Positions 23,210 to 37,447 of a DNA stretch of 64,000 nt are shown in pieces. The notes under the pieces are model-generated. The model did not search any database and was not told the origin of the DNA. It was given only the letters and a program-made list of their open reading frames with translations. Source of the DNA: Octopus vulgaris (lineage: Eukaryota); the NCBI GenBank assembly GCA_951406725.2, contig OX597831.1, forward strand, positions 49,042,001 to 49,106,000, in the 5' to 3' direction. Numbering within the stretch: position 1 is the first letter of the stretch; every line of letters starts with the position of its first letter. The translations under genes and the position numbers were made by a program.

Positions 23210-24836
23210 TGTGCGTGTATTTTTAGTGGAAAAGGTGTGAGATTTGGTGTTGATTCTAGCATATCCGAAGACCACTCCCCCGAAAGTAACACAAACGTGG
23301 TCTTTTGGTGGGAAATAAGCAACAACAAGAAGAAGCAAAAGATGGGAATTAAATTTTTTTATCCCCCACCTCAATGTGCGTGTGTAAGGAAAAACTTTTT
23401 CTAACAGAAAAGTATACTGATAAAATGAATTATCTTTTACATGCCACTTTTTTGAAATCACTGTGTATAAGTGCAAGTAATGACCTTCCCAACTCTAAAA
23501 TATTTTGTATTATGAAGAGAAACAATCGATGCTGGGCAGTGGGATTGAAAAAACAATCATAAATTAGAAAAGAAGTTTTTATTGCGTAAATGTGTTTATG
23601 GAGAGAAAAATATTGAAATACATCAATACATGCGTGAGTGAAAAAGAAACGGCGCGGCTTGTCATAGGATGTGCTAGAAACAACAGCCAAATCTCCCTTA
23701 AATCACGCACACATTTTCTTCTGAGAATATTTACAATTTTTTTTTCTGCTGGAAAGGATCCCACCATAGTTTTACGTGCAAAGAAATTGGCCAAAATTAG
23801 TCCAGAGTGTGATGGTGAGGTTGGTGGGAGAGTAAAAAAAGAATTAATTTTGAACACGTATCTTCGTAAAAATATGCCCCTCCCCTATTAAATTCACGAA
23901 GAGCTTTGTTATACTGCCTGCTATCCAATGTGTCCCTTGAGATTGCCATCACCCCCTCCCCCCAATCCTCTTTTCAGTCTTATGCAGTAGATCCGTAAGT
24001 ACTATACTCATCAAAGTGCCGTCTGAAGCGGGTCGCTACATTGCTTCCTCCCCAAATACGCTACAGGCATTGATTGTAAAAATCTTCGTCAGTGGTTTGT
24101 TTTATAAAATATTGTATTTAGTAGTAAAATTTTTATACTTCAATGGAAATTTTGGATCTTTTCATGAAAATTTTTCTTTTACATAATTTTTTCTTGAATG
24201 TATGTCTATATTTCAACGAAACACGATATTACTTATTCCGGCATCAAACAACCGGTCGTACATACAGTGGACTGTGTTTAGCCCCTTGTGGGTAGTAAAG
24301 AAATAGGTATCAATATTGATATCGTATACGTCCTTGCGGACGTGCGTGTGTTTGTGTGTGTATGCTCTACTTGTTCTCCACCACCGCTTGACAACCGGCC
24401 CTGGTTAGTTTTCATGTTTGTAAAAGAAATAGAAACCATTGTGTGTAATTTGGGGAAGATTTTGCTGTTATATCTAGCATGCCTAACGATCATGTAAGAT
24501 ACTCTTTTGTTGGTTCGTTTTGTAGTAGTAAATGTATTACAGTAAATATCTTTATCGGTAAACTTACAAATAAAACTGGAATTGTCTCCCTTGTTCATTT
24601 ACCGTTACTGTTGGATTAAACAAGGCTATAATTTCTAAATTTTATAATATTTCAAGAAATTAAAGCATTATCTTACTAAACCATTGAATTAGAAATAATG
24701 AGTTGTAGTAGTTGAGTTCTAATATATATAATGAAAATTGATGAAAAATTAATATTTCAAGGTAATATTAGAGGCAATATCAGTGAAGTTACAATGCAAA
24801 TATCGTTTATATGAGATTTGTGAACGTCTAAAAAAC

Positions 24837-24999
24837 ATACTTACCTGGCACAGGAGTAAACCATGATCATCTAGGTGGTTCTCCCAAAGTGAGGCCCTTC
24901 CATTGCACTCCGGTTGGGTTGACCTTTGCGATCGCCCCAAATGTGGGCGACTCGGGTGCGCTATTTCTAAGTGTGGGGTCTGCGTTCGCGCTCACCCCG
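24837..24999 (+). ncRNA. U1: U1 snRNA gene, copy 5
   Basis: Full U1 motif set and upstream block. Confidence 0.96.
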
Positions 25000-25436
25000 T
25001 CAAATAATCGAAAAATAGACAGTCCGACAGAAGTTGGAATTGCGCCATTTGACAGGGATTTTCCCGGTTCTTCCTTTTTTTCATTTGTCTTTCAAATTCT
25101 GAAAGACATTTTGGCTGGGTTTTGTCAACTTATTTTCTCCAAACCACCCACGGATAGTGGTGAAAATCGATTTTCAGTCATAACTTTTACCAATTTCCAT
25201 GTGAGTTAAGGCGAGAAACAAAAGCAAAGCGTAGATTTTTAGGTGAACACCCACTCGATTTTCACCAAGAAACAACTCGTACTTTTTGCGTGGAATCAAG
25301 TACCCTGACCTCCTAATATGCTACAGATCACTTATTTTAGTTCGGTATGGAAGTGGGGTGAGGGGACCCCCCGCCCCCGGAATTATTAGGAATTTTTTCT
25401 TTTCGTTGAATGAATTTCTGTGACCTGCTAATATGC

Positions 25437-27175
25437 AACCCTCACACAAACCAGTTCACTGACGACCCCCAAGGAATGCGCAGAACTCATTGCCGAGTGC
25501 TATGCAAACATATTCACCGTTGAAAGTCAAAATGTACCATCTTCACCATCTCTAACAGCAAATTCCATAACAACTATGGAATTTACACCTGCAATGCTGC
25601 GACGTCACCTTCAAAATAAGCACGACTATGTCTCCCCTGGTCTCGATGGAGTTACATACCTGCTTCTCAAACGTGGCAGGTACTTCCTTTTACACCAGCT
25701 TTCTATTTTCTTCCAGTACTGTCTCAACAATGGTGCTACTCCGGAGCAGTGAAAAACTGCCAGTGTCATTCCTCTGTTCCAAAAGGGCGACCGCTCATCA
25801 CCTGTCAACTATCGCCCAGTCAGTCTCACTAGCAGTATTGCAAAACTGATGGAATCGTGTGTCAGAGAAACACTTTGGAACTTCTGGAGCTCTCACAGTC
25901 TCATCCGACCCTCACAATATGGATTTGTCCCTAACTCCAGCTGCAGTGATCTGCTTGTCGAGTTCCTTGAGGACATTACTCAGATCACTGACAGTGGCTC
26001 ATGACTGGATGTTTTCTACCTTGACTTTGCTAAGGCTTTCAACTCTGTGCCACACAAAAGGCCTATGGTGAAACTCTCTGCAATGGGTGTGAGGGATGAC
26101 CTTTCTAACTGGTTGAAATCCTTCATTCTCAGCCGAAAGGAGGTAGTCACAGTTCTAGGACAGCATTCTACACCATATGAGATGTCATCGGGTGTACCAC
26201 AGGGATCTGTCCTTGGTCCCCTCTTGTTTGTGGTATACATTAATGACATAGATGCCAATTTAAAGAATGCCACAGTATTGAAATATGCAGACGACATCAA
26301 GCTGTACCTTGAAATCAAGAGGACAGATCCTGTTGTCTACAGCTCTTTCCTGCAATCAGACCTGGACACAATGCAGCAATGGATCACAGACTGGCAACTG
26401 AAACTGGCTGTGGACAAGTGTACCACCATGCATTTTGGGAGAAAAAACCCTGCGTCCACATACTCCCTCCACAACACTGATATCAAGAAATCCTCTTGCG
26501 AGCGTCAGCAGTGATTTGCATCTCTGTCAGCAGTGATTTGCGTTGGACAAAGCATATCTCTAAAATTGTCAAGAAGGCCGAGGGTGTCTTGGCATCACTC
26601 AGCAAGACTTTTGTTAGCCGCTCTCCAGCCATCTATTTAAAACTGTATACAGCTATGGTACGACCACACTTGGAATTCGCATCATCAGTTTGGGACCCCT
26701 ATCTTGCTCAGAACATTGACCTCCTGGAATCTGTCCAGAGACGTGCAACCAAACGCATACCCTCCATCAGACACCTACCATATTCTGAGCGCCTTGTTTC
26801 CCTGGGCATGGATTCACTGAAGCTCCGGCGTCTGGCGACGGACTTGGTAAACACCCACAAAGTTATCAACCACCTCACCAACAACAACACTGAACACCTT
26901 TTTGATCTCCATGTGTCTAACACACGTGGACATGCCTACAAAGTCAGAAAACAACACAGCTCCCATGACTTTCGGAAACAGTTTTTCACGCTCAGAGTTG
27001 CTGAAGCATGGAATAAACTGCCTGCGTCAGTTGTTGACTGCCATGACACTGCATCCTTTAAGGCCCTCATGCTTTCCGAAATCCGCCGTAACTACACCTG
27101 ATTATATATAAACTTTAGATGAGTCGTAGTTCACCTGAGCACTGTACACAATGTTTTATTATTATTATTGTTATT
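25437..27175 (+). mobile_element. 5'-truncated CR1-type LINE, copy A
   Basis: NYRPVSLTS, QGSVLGPLLF, YADD, VRPHLE, LESVQRRATKRI, WNKLP; (ATT)n tail; premature TGA codons. Confidence 0.92.
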
Positions 27176-29351
27176 AAAACCCCTTTTGGGGATAGAAAAT
27201 CGGGGTGAGTTGGAAGCCTCGGAAATTTTAACCACTCTCATTTTACAGAAAAATTTTTTCAAAGTGAATTATATGGTTCGTCATTGAATAGAGTAGAGAA
27301 CGTGATATTATATATATATACTAGCAGTATCGCCCGGCGTTGCTCGGGCTTGTAAGGGAAATAACTATATAACCATTTTTAGAGAGTTATAGCAAAAAAA
27401 TGCATTAAAAATGGAAAAAAAAATTATGGTAAATTTTTTTTAAAATCGTTGACTCATCGTAGACATTTTTAGAGAGTTACTGCCCTTATATAATAGCGAA
27501 AAAAATGCATTAAAATGGAAAAAAATGATGGTAATTTTTTTTTTAAATCGTAGACGCGCGCTAATACCCAGAAGGGCTCGATATGAATCACGACTATAAG
27601 ATACCCTAAATTCGGCTGCTATTTCTAACAGCTCGGTGGAAGATATCTCTTGACCGAAGTTGTACAAGGTCTGTGTTTGCTCCTTGTTTTCTGTTTCTCC
27701 AAAGACCCAACTGAACTCTCGTCTTTAACTTCAGCTGAACAGTTCCCAATCCCAAGAGTACCCTGGTCGTGCAGACCTGATCAAAGGAGTTTATTTTTAA
27801 CCAGACGTAAAGTAACCCTTTACTTCATAGAAATGTTTTATTTCTACGTGGGGGAAATTTGGTTACTATAAGTTTACATTGAAGAGACTTGGTCGTTGAC
27901 AGGAGCCTCATAAGTTAACGCAGCGAACCATTTCATACGAGGCAACTAAATTCTGACCCCACGTTGTTGGCTTGTCACCAGTAACCGATTTTCCTGTTGA
28001 AGCCTACAGTAAAATTACCTTGTTGGGGAGGGGTTAAGCCAATTTTTTAGAACTTTTTTTTGAATTTTCATACTGCAGTTTGCCGTAGCTATTCAAAGTA
28101 AACACAAGTGAATTGTCGCCTGTAGTGGTCTACTTTGAAAAAAAAAATATTTTTCAATGCTTCTAATTGTTTTGTAACGAAAAAAAAAACGCAATTGTCT
28201 TTAAAATAATATACACCGTATATCGTTGAAAAATATTTCCTAAGCTTCAGTAGGGGCTCGCAATTAACTTAGTTTTTGCAATGTTGCGCCAATCAGCTCA
28301 TTTTCATACGCAAGTCGCTGTAGGATCGACTACCTACGACCGGCTAGCGCGGATGCACGTGTGCGCAAACCGGGTCCAGTCTATGCGGCTAGTACCGCCT
28401 CTCCCCTGTTAAATTCACGAAGAGCCTTTTTATAGTGCCTGCTATCCAATTTATCCCTTGAGATTGCCATCACCCCCCCCCCCATCCTCTTTACAGTTTT
28501 ATACAGTAGATCCGTAAGAACTATACTCATAAAAGTGCCGTCTGAAGCGGGTCGCTACATTGCCTCCTCCCCAAATACGCTACAGGCATTGATTGTAAAA
28601 ATCTCCGTCAGTGGTTTGTTTTATAAAATATTGTATTTAGTAGTAACATTTTTATACTTCAATAGAAATTTTTTCTTTTACATAATTTTTCTTGAATGTA
28701 TGTCTATATTTCAACGAAACACGATATTACTTATTCCGGCATCAAACAACCGGTCGTACATACAGTGGACTGTGTTTAGCTCCTTGTGGGTAGTAAAGAA
28801 ATAGGTATCTATACAGATATCGTATACGTGCTTGCGTACGTGCGTGTGTTTGTTTGTGGGTTTGTGTGTGTGTGTATGCTCTACTTGTTCCCCACCAACG
28901 CTTGACAACCGGCGCTGGTTAGTTTTCATCTTTGTAAAAGAAATAGAAACCATTGTGTGTAATTTGGAGAAGATTTCGTTGTTATATCTAGCATGCCTAA
29001 CGATCATGTAAGATACTCTTTTGTTGGTTCGTTTTGTAGTAGTAAATGTATTACAGTAAATATTTTTATCGGTAAACTTTCAAATGAAACTGGAATTCTC
29101 TCCCTTGTTCATTTACCGTTACTGTTGGATTAAACAAGGCTATAATTTTTAAATTTCATAATATTTCAAAAAATTAAAGCATTATCTTACTAAACCATTG
29201 AATTGGAAATAATGAGTTGTAGTAGTTGAGTTCGAATATATATAATGAAATTTGCTGAAAAATTAATATTTCAAGGTAATATTAGAGGCAATATCAGTGA
29301 AGTTACAATGCAAATATCGTTTATATGAGATTAGTGAACGCCGAAAAAAAT

Positions 29352-29514
29352 ATACTTACCTGGCACAGGAGTAAACCATGATCATCTAGGTGGTTCTCCC
29401 AAAGTGAGGCCCTTCCATTGCACTCCGGTTGGGTTGACCTTTGCGATCGCCCCAAATGTGGGCGACTCGGGTGCGCTATTTCTAAGTGTGGGGTCTGCGT
29501 TCGCGCTCACCCCG
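29352..29514 (+). ncRNA. U1: U1 snRNA gene, copy 6
   Basis: Full U1 motif set and upstream block. Confidence 0.96.
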
Positions 29515-29747
29515 TCATATAATCGAAAAATAGACAGTCCGACAACAGAAGTTGGAATTTCACCTTTTGACAGGAATTTTCCAGGTTCTTCCTTTTTTCA
29601 AATTATAACATTTTGGAAAATCGGGGTGAGTTGGAAGCCTCGGAAATGTTAACCACTCTCATTTTACAGAAAAAATTTTCCAAAGTGAATTATATGGTTC
29701 GTCATTGAATAGAGTAGAGAACGTGATATTATATATATTTATATATA

Positions 29748-30520
29748 CTAGCAGTATCGCCCGGCGTTGCTCGGGTTTGTAAGGGAAATAACTATATAAG
29801 CATTTTTAGAGAGTTATAGCAAAAAAATGGAAAATAAATGATGGTAAATTTCTTTTTAAATCGTTGACTCATCGTAGACATTTTTAGAGAGTTACTTCCC
29901 TTATATAATAGCGAAAAAATGGAAAAAAATGATGGCAAATTTTTTTTAAAATCCTAGACTCATCGTAGACGCGCGCTAATACCCAGAAGGGCTCAATATG
30001 AATCACGACTCGGTTTTGGTTAAACTGCACCGCAAAATGTGGGAGTAGTTAGGAATCTAAATCATAGGAGACAGACACACAACTTCACTTTTATGTATAA
30101 AGACTAGCAGTATCGCCCGGCGTTGCTCGGATTTTGTAAGGGAAATAACTATATAAGCATTTTTAGTGAGTTATAGCAAAAAAATAGCAAAAAATGCATT
30201 AAAAATGGAATAAAAAATGATGGCAATTTTTTTTTAAATCGTTGACTCATCGTAGACATTTTTAGTCCCTTATATAATAGCCGGGACATTTTTAGTCCCT
30301 TATATAATAGCGAAAAATGCATTAAAATGGAATAAAAAATGATGGTAAATTTTTTTTTAAATCGTAGACTCATCGTAGACGCGCGCTAATACCCAGACGC
30401 GCTCGATATGAATCACGACTATAAGATACTCGAATTTGATTAAACTGCACCGCAAAATGTGGTTGTAGTTAGGAGTCTAAATCGAATGGGACAGACTCTC
30501 ACACAACTACAGTTTTATAT
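29748..30520 (-). mobile_element. Head-to-tail Helitron pair (junction 30103/30104)
   Basis: Plus-strand AAAGA|CTAGCAG equals minus-strand CTAG|TCTTT. Confidence 0.75.
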
Positions 30521-30785
30521 ATATATATATTTTTTCAACCATAACTTTTAGCAATTTTGATGTATTTTGTTCAAACTCGGTGCCAGCATTACTTAGGACT
30601 CATGGGATCTTTGATTGCTTTAAGTTCTTCGGGAGAAAAAAAATCGATAAACCGATTCCTTATGGGATTTCCCAATCAAATTGTCTGAAACCCATTTTCA
30701 GCCAAACGTTTACCAATTTCAACGGATTTCGCTCAAATTTGACGTCAGTGTTACTTAGTTTGGCCTGAAACAAAGCGCTTCTCCC

Positions 30786-31903
30786 GGTACTAGTCGCGTA
30801 GAATGGACCCGGTTTGCGCGCATCCCCGCTGGCAAGTCGTAGATAGTAGATCCTACAGCGACTTGCGTATGCAAATGATCTGATTGGCGCAACATTCCAA
30901 AAATAAGTTAATAGCGAGCCCAAACATTTTTTTTTTTAAAGTAGACCACTACAGGCGACAATTCACTTGTGTTTACTCTGAATAGCTACGGCAAACTTCG
31001 TTAACCATTCAGCTATGCTCGTTCTCTTTCAACTGGAATTTAACCACTGACAAACCCTAAATTATTAGACATTTTGGTCGTGGCCATCCCGCTTTGTTGT
31101 AAATACAATACTGCATTGTTCAGTATGACTTTTAAAAAAATTCGGCTGCTATTTCTAACAGCTCGGTGGAAGATATCTCTTGACCGAAGTTGTACAAGGT
31201 CTGTGTTTGCTCCTTGTTTTCAGTTTCTCCAAAGACCCATCTGAACTCTCGTCTTTAACTTCAGCTGAACAGTTCCCAATCCCAAGAGTGCCCTGGTCGT
31301 GCAGACCTGATCAAAGGAGTTTATTTTTAACCAGACGTAAAGTAACCCTTTACTTCATAGAAATGTTTTATTTCTACGTGGGGGAAATTTGGTTACTATA
31401 AGTTTACATTGAAGAGACTTGGTCGTTGACAGGGGCCTCATAAGTTAACGCAGTGAACCATTTCATACGAGGCAACTAAATTCTGACCCCACGTTGTTGG
31501 CTTGTCACCAGTAACCGATTTTCCTATTGAAGCCTACAGTAAAATTACCTTGTTGGGTTTTAAAACTTTTTAAAAATTTTCATGCTGCAGTTTGCCGTAG
31601 CTATTCAAAGTAAACACGAGTGAATTGTCGCCTGTAGTGGTCTACTTTGAAAAAAAAAAAATGTTTTTCAATGCTTCTAATTGTTTTGTAACGAAAAAAA
31701 AAAAACGCAATTGTCTTTAAAATAATATACACCGTATATCGTTGAAAAATATTTCCTAAGCTTCAGTAGGGGCTCGCTATTAACTTAGTTTTTGCAATGT
31801 TGCGCCAATCAGCTCATTTTCATACGCAAGTCGCTGTAGGATCGACTACCTACGGACTGGCTAAGCGGATGCGCGTGTGCGCAAACCGGGTCCAGTCTAC
31901 GCG
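30786..31903. mobile_element. Mutator-like foldback element (partial copies also 27608-28396, 35541-36331, 39554-40670)
   Basis: ~200-bp inverted arms; GGTACTAG left end here, CTAGTACC right end at 28396 and 36331; flanks GCTTCTCCC and GCCTCTCCC against empty-site GCCCCTCCC suggest a 9-bp TSD. Confidence 0.65.
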
Positions 31904-32768
31904 TTATACTGCCTGCTATCCAATGTATCCCTTGAGATTGCCCCCCCCCCCCCAATCCTCTTTACAGACTTATGCAGTAGATCCGTAAGTACTATACTCG
32001 TGAAAGTGCCGTCTGAAGCGGATCGCCCCATACGCTACAGGCATTGATTGTAAAAAGTCTTTCGTCAGTGGTTTGTTTTATAAAATATTCTATTTAAGAG
32101 TGAAATTTTTATACTTCAATGGAAATTTTTCTTGAATGTATGTCTATATTTCAACGAAACACGATATTACTTTTCCGGCATCAAACAACCGGTCGTACAT
32201 ACAGTGGACTGTGTTTAGCCTCTTGTGGGTAGTAAAGAAATAGGTATCGTATACGTACTTGCGTACGTGCGTCCGTGCGGATGTGTGTGTGTGTGTATAC
32301 TCTACTTGTTCCCCACCAACGCTTGACAACCGGCGCTGGTTAGTTTTCATCTTTGTAAAAGAAATAGAAACCATTGTGTAATCTGGGGAAGATTTTGCTG
32401 TTATATCTAGCATGCCTAACGATCATGTAAGATACTCTTTTGTTGGCTCGTTTTGTATAGTAAATGTATTACAGTAAATATCTTTATCGGTAAACTTACA
32501 AATAAAACTGGAATTGTCTCCCTTGTTCATTTACCGTTACTGTTGGATTAAACAAGGCTATAATTTCTAAATTTTATAATATTTCAAAAATTAAAGCATT
32601 ATCTTACTAAACTATTGAATTAGAAATAATAAGTGTTAGTAGTTGACTTATAATATATATAATGAAAATTGCTGAAAAATTAATATTTCAAGGTAATATT
32701 AGAGGCAATATCAGTGAAGTTACAATGCAAATATCGTTTATATGAGATTAGTGAACGCCGAAAAAAAT

Positions 32769-32931
32769 ATACTTACCTGGCACAGGAGTAAACCATGATC
32801 ATCTAGGTGGTTCTCCCAGAGTGAGGCCCTTCCATTGCACTCCGGTTGGGTTGACCTTTGCGATCGCCCCAAATGTGGGCGACTCGGGTGCGCTATTTCT
32901 AAGTGTGGGGTCTGCGTTCGCGCTCACCCCG
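32769..32931 (+). ncRNA. U1: U1 snRNA gene, copy 7
   Basis: Full U1 motif set; CCCAGAG variant at the base of stem II. Confidence 0.96.
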
Positions 32932-33371
32932 TCATATAATCGAAAAATAGACAGTCCGACTACAGAAATTGGAATTTCACCTTTTGACAGGAATTTTCCC
33001 GGCTCTTCCTTTTTTTCGTTTGTCTTTCAAATTACGAAAGACATTTTGGCTGGGTTTTGTCAACTTATTTTCTCCAAGACACCCGCGGATAGTGGTAAAA
33101 ATCGATTTTCAGTCATAACTTTTACCAATTTCCACGTGAGTTAAGGCGAGAAACAAAAACAAAGAGTAAATTTTTAGATTAACACCCGCTCGATTTTCAC
33201 CAAGAAACAACTCGGACTTTTTGCGTGGAATCAAGTACCCTGACCTCCTAATATGCTACAGATCACTTATTTTAGTTCGGTATGGAAGTGGGGTGAGGGG
33301 ACCCCCCGCCCCCGGAATTATTAGGAATTTTTTCTTTTCGTTGAATGAATTTCTGTGACCTGCTAATATGC

Positions 33372-35110
33372 AACCCTCACACAAACCAGATCACTGACGA
33401 CCCCCAAGGAATGCGCAGAACTCATTGCCGAGTGCTATGCAAACATATTCACCGTTGAAAGTCAAAATGTACCATCTTCACCATCTCTAACAGCAAATTC
33501 CATAACAACTATGGAATTTACACCTGCAATGCTGCGACGTCACCTTCAAAATAAGCACGACTATGTCTCCCCTGGTCTCGATGGAGTTACATACCTGCTT
33601 CTCAAACGTGGCAGGTACTTCCTTTTACACCAGCTTTCTATTTTCTTCCAGTACTGTCTCAACAATGGTGCTACTCCGGAGCAGTGAAAAACTGCCAGTG
33701 TCATTCCTCTGTTCCAAAAGGGCGACCGCTCATCACCTGTCAACTATCGCCCAGTCAGTCTCACTAGCAGTATTGCAAAACTGATGGAATCGTGTGTCAG
33801 AGAAACACTTTGGAACTTCTGGAGCTCTCACAGTCGCATCCGACCCTTACAATATGGATTTGTCCCTAACTCCAGCTGCAGTGATCTGCTTGTCGAGTTC
33901 CTTGAGGACATTACTCAGATCACTGACAGTGGCTCATGACTGGATGTTTTCTACCTTGACTTTGCTAAGGCTTTCAACTCTTTCCCACACAAAAGGCCTA
34001 TGGTGAAACTCTCTGCAATGGGTGTGAGGGATGACCTTTCTAACTGGTTGAAATCCTTCATTCTCAGCCGAAAGGAGGTAGTCACAGTTCTAGGACAGCA
34101 TTCTACACCATATGAGATGTCATCGGGTGTACCACAGGGATCTGTCCTTGGTCCCCTCTTGTTTGTGGTATACATTAATGACATAGATGCCAATTTAAAG
34201 AATGCCACAGTATTGAAATATGCAGACGACATCAAGCTGTACCTTGAAATCAAGAGGACAGATCCTGTTGTCTACAGCTCTTTCCTGCAATCAGACCTGG
34301 ACACAATGCAGCAATGGATCACAGACTGGCAACTGAAACTGGCTGTGGACAAGTGTACCACCATGCATTTTGGGAGAAAAAACCCTGCGTCCACATACTC
34401 CCTCCACAACACTGATATCAAGAAATCCTCTTGCGAGCGTCAGCAGTGATTTGCATCTCTGTCAGCAGTGATTTGCGTTGGACAAAGCATATCTCTAAAA
34501 TTGTCAAGAAGGCCGAGGGTGTCTTGGCATCACTCAGCAAGACTTTTGTTAGCCGCTCTCCAGCCATCTATTTAAAACTGTATACAGCTATGGTACGACC
34601 ACACTTGGAATTCGCATCATCAGTTTGGGACCCCTATCTTGCTCAGAACATTGACCTCCTGGAATCTGTCCAGAGACGTGCAACCAAACGCATACCCTCC
34701 ATCAGACACCTACCATATTCTGAGCGCCTTGTTTCCCTGGGCATGGATTCACTGAAGCTCCGGCGTCTGGCGACGGACTTGGTAAACACCCACAAAGTTA
34801 TCAACCACCTCACCAACAACAACACTGAACACCTTTTTGATCTCCATGTGTCTAACACACGTGGACATGCCTACAAAGTCAGAAAACAACACAGCTCCCA
34901 TGACTTTCGGAAACAGTTTTTCACGCTCAGAGTTGCTGAAGCATGGAATAAACTGCCTGCGTCAGTTGTTGACTGCCATGACACTGCATCCTTTAAGGCC
35001 CTCATGCTTTCCGAAATCCGCCGTAACTACACCTGATTATATATAAACTTTAGATGAGTCGTAGTTCACCTGAGCACTGTACACAATGTTTTATTATTAT
35101 TATTGTTATT
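33372..35110 (+). mobile_element. 5'-truncated CR1-type LINE, copy B
   Basis: Near-identical to copy A, same junctions. Confidence 0.92.
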
Positions 35111-37284
35111 AAAACCCCTTTTGGGGATAGAAAATCGGGGTGAGTTGGAAGCCTCGGAAATTTTAACCACTCTCATTTTACAGAAAAATTTTTTCAAAGT
35201 GAATTATATGGTTCGTCATTGAATAGAGTAGAGAACGTGATATTATATATATATACTAGCAGTATCGCCCGGCGTTGCTCGGGCTTGTAAGGGAAATAAC
35301 TATATAACCATTTTTAGAGAGTTATAGCAAAAAAATGCATTAAAAATGGAAAAAAAATTATGGTAAATTTTTTTAAAAATCGTTGACTCATCGTAGACAT
35401 TTTTAGAGAGTTACTGCCCTTATATAATAGCGAAAAAAATGCATTAAAATGGAAAAAAATGATGGTAATTTTTTTTTAAATCGTAGACGCGCGCTAATAC
35501 CCAGAAGGGCTCGATATGAATCACGACTATAAGATACCCTAAATTCGGCTGCTATTTCTAACAGCTCGGTGGAAGATATCTCTTGACCGAAGTTGTACAA
35601 GGTCTGTGTTTGCTCCTTGTTTTCTGTTTCTCCAAAGACCCAACTGAACTCTCGTCTTTAACTTCAGCTGAACAGTTCCCAATCCCAAGAGTGCCCTGGT
35701 CGTGCAGACCTGATCAAAGGAGTTTATTTTTAACCAGACGTAAAGTAACCCTTTACTTCATAGAAATGTTTTATTTCTACGTGGGGAAATTTGGTTACTA
35801 TAAGTTTACATTGAAGAGACTTGGTCGTTGACAGGAGCCTCATAAGTTAACGCAGCGAACCATTTCATACGAGGCAACTAAATTCTGACCCCACGTTGTT
35901 GGCTTGTCACCAGTAACCGATTTTCCTGTTGAAGCCTACAGTAAAATTACCTTGTTGGGGAGGAGTTAAGCCAATTTTTTAGAACTTTTTTTTGAATTTT
36001 CATACTGCAGTTTGCCGTAGCTATTCAAAGTAAACACAAGTGAATTGTCGCCTGTAGTGGTCTACTTTGAAAAAAAAAATGTTTTTCAATGCTTCTAATT
36101 GTTTTGTAACGAAAAAAAAAAAACGCAATTGTCTTTAAAATAATATACACCGTATATCGTTGAAAAATATTTCCTAAGCTTCAGTAGGGGCTCGCAATTA
36201 ACTTAGTTTTTGCAATGTTGCGCCAATCAGCTCATTTTCATACGCAAGTCGCTGTAGGATCGACTACCTACGGACTGGCTAGCGCGGATGCGCGTGTGCG
36301 CAAACCGGGTCCAGTCTATGCGGCTAGTACCGCCTCTCCCCTGTTAAATTCACGAAGAGCCTTTTTATAGTGCCTGCTATCCAATTTATCCCTTGAGATT
36401 GCCATCACCCCCCCCCATCCTCTTTACAGTTTTATACAGTAGATCCGTAAGAACTATACTCATAAAAGTGCCGTCTGAAGCGGGTCGCTACATTGCCTCC
36501 TCCCCAAATACGCTACAGGCATTGATTGTAAAAATCTCCGTCAGTGGTTTGTTTTATAAAATATTGTATTTAGTAGTAACATTTTTATACTTCAATAGAA
36601 ATTTTTTCTTTTACATAATTTTTCTTGAATGTATGTCTATATTTCAACGAAACACGATATTACTTATTCCGGCATCAAACAACCGGTCGTACATACAGTG
36701 GACTGTGTTTAGCTCCTTGTGGGTAGTAAAGAAATAGGTATCTATACAGATATCGTATACGTGCTTGCGTACGTGCGTGTGTTTGTTTGTGGGTTTGTGT
36801 GTGTGTGTATGCTCTACTTGTTCCCCACCAACGCTTGACAACCGGCGCTGGTTAGTTTTCATCTTTGTAAAAGAAATAGAAACCATTGTGTGTAATTTGG
36901 AGAAGATTTCGTTGTTATATCTAGCATGCCTAACGATCATGTAAGATACTCTTTTGTTGGTTCGTTTTGTAGTAGTAAATGTATTACAGTAAATATTTTT
37001 ATCGGTAAACTTTCAAATGAAACTGGAATTCTCTCCCTTGTTCATTTACCGTTACTGTTGGATTAAACAAGGCTATAATTTTTAAATTTCATAATATTTC
37101 AAAAAATTAAAGCATTATCTTACTAAACCATTGAATTGGAAATAATGAGTTGTAGTAGTTGAGTTCGAATATATATAATGAAATTTGCTGAAAAATTAAT
37201 ATTTCAAGGTAATATTAGAGGCAATATCAGTGAAGTTACAATGCAAATATCGTTTATATGAGATTTGTGAACGCCGAAAAAAAT

Positions 37285-37447
37285 ATACTTACCTGGCACA
37301 GGAGTAAACCATGATCATCTAGGTGGTTCTCCCAAAGTGAGGCCCTTCCATTGCACTCCGGTTGGGTTGACCTTTGCGATCGCCCCAAATGTGGGCGACT
37401 CGGGTGCGCTATTTCTAAGTGTGGGGTCTGCGTTCGCGCTCACCCCG
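37285..37447 (+). ncRNA. U1: U1 snRNA gene, copy 8
   Basis: Full U1 motif set and upstream block. Confidence 0.96.

Noticed and set aside
27650-27871. Conserved 73-aa ORF MTEVVQGL.. in four spacers
   Set aside because: TTG start, frameshift in one copy, lies inside a duplicated transposon; conservation reflects recent duplication
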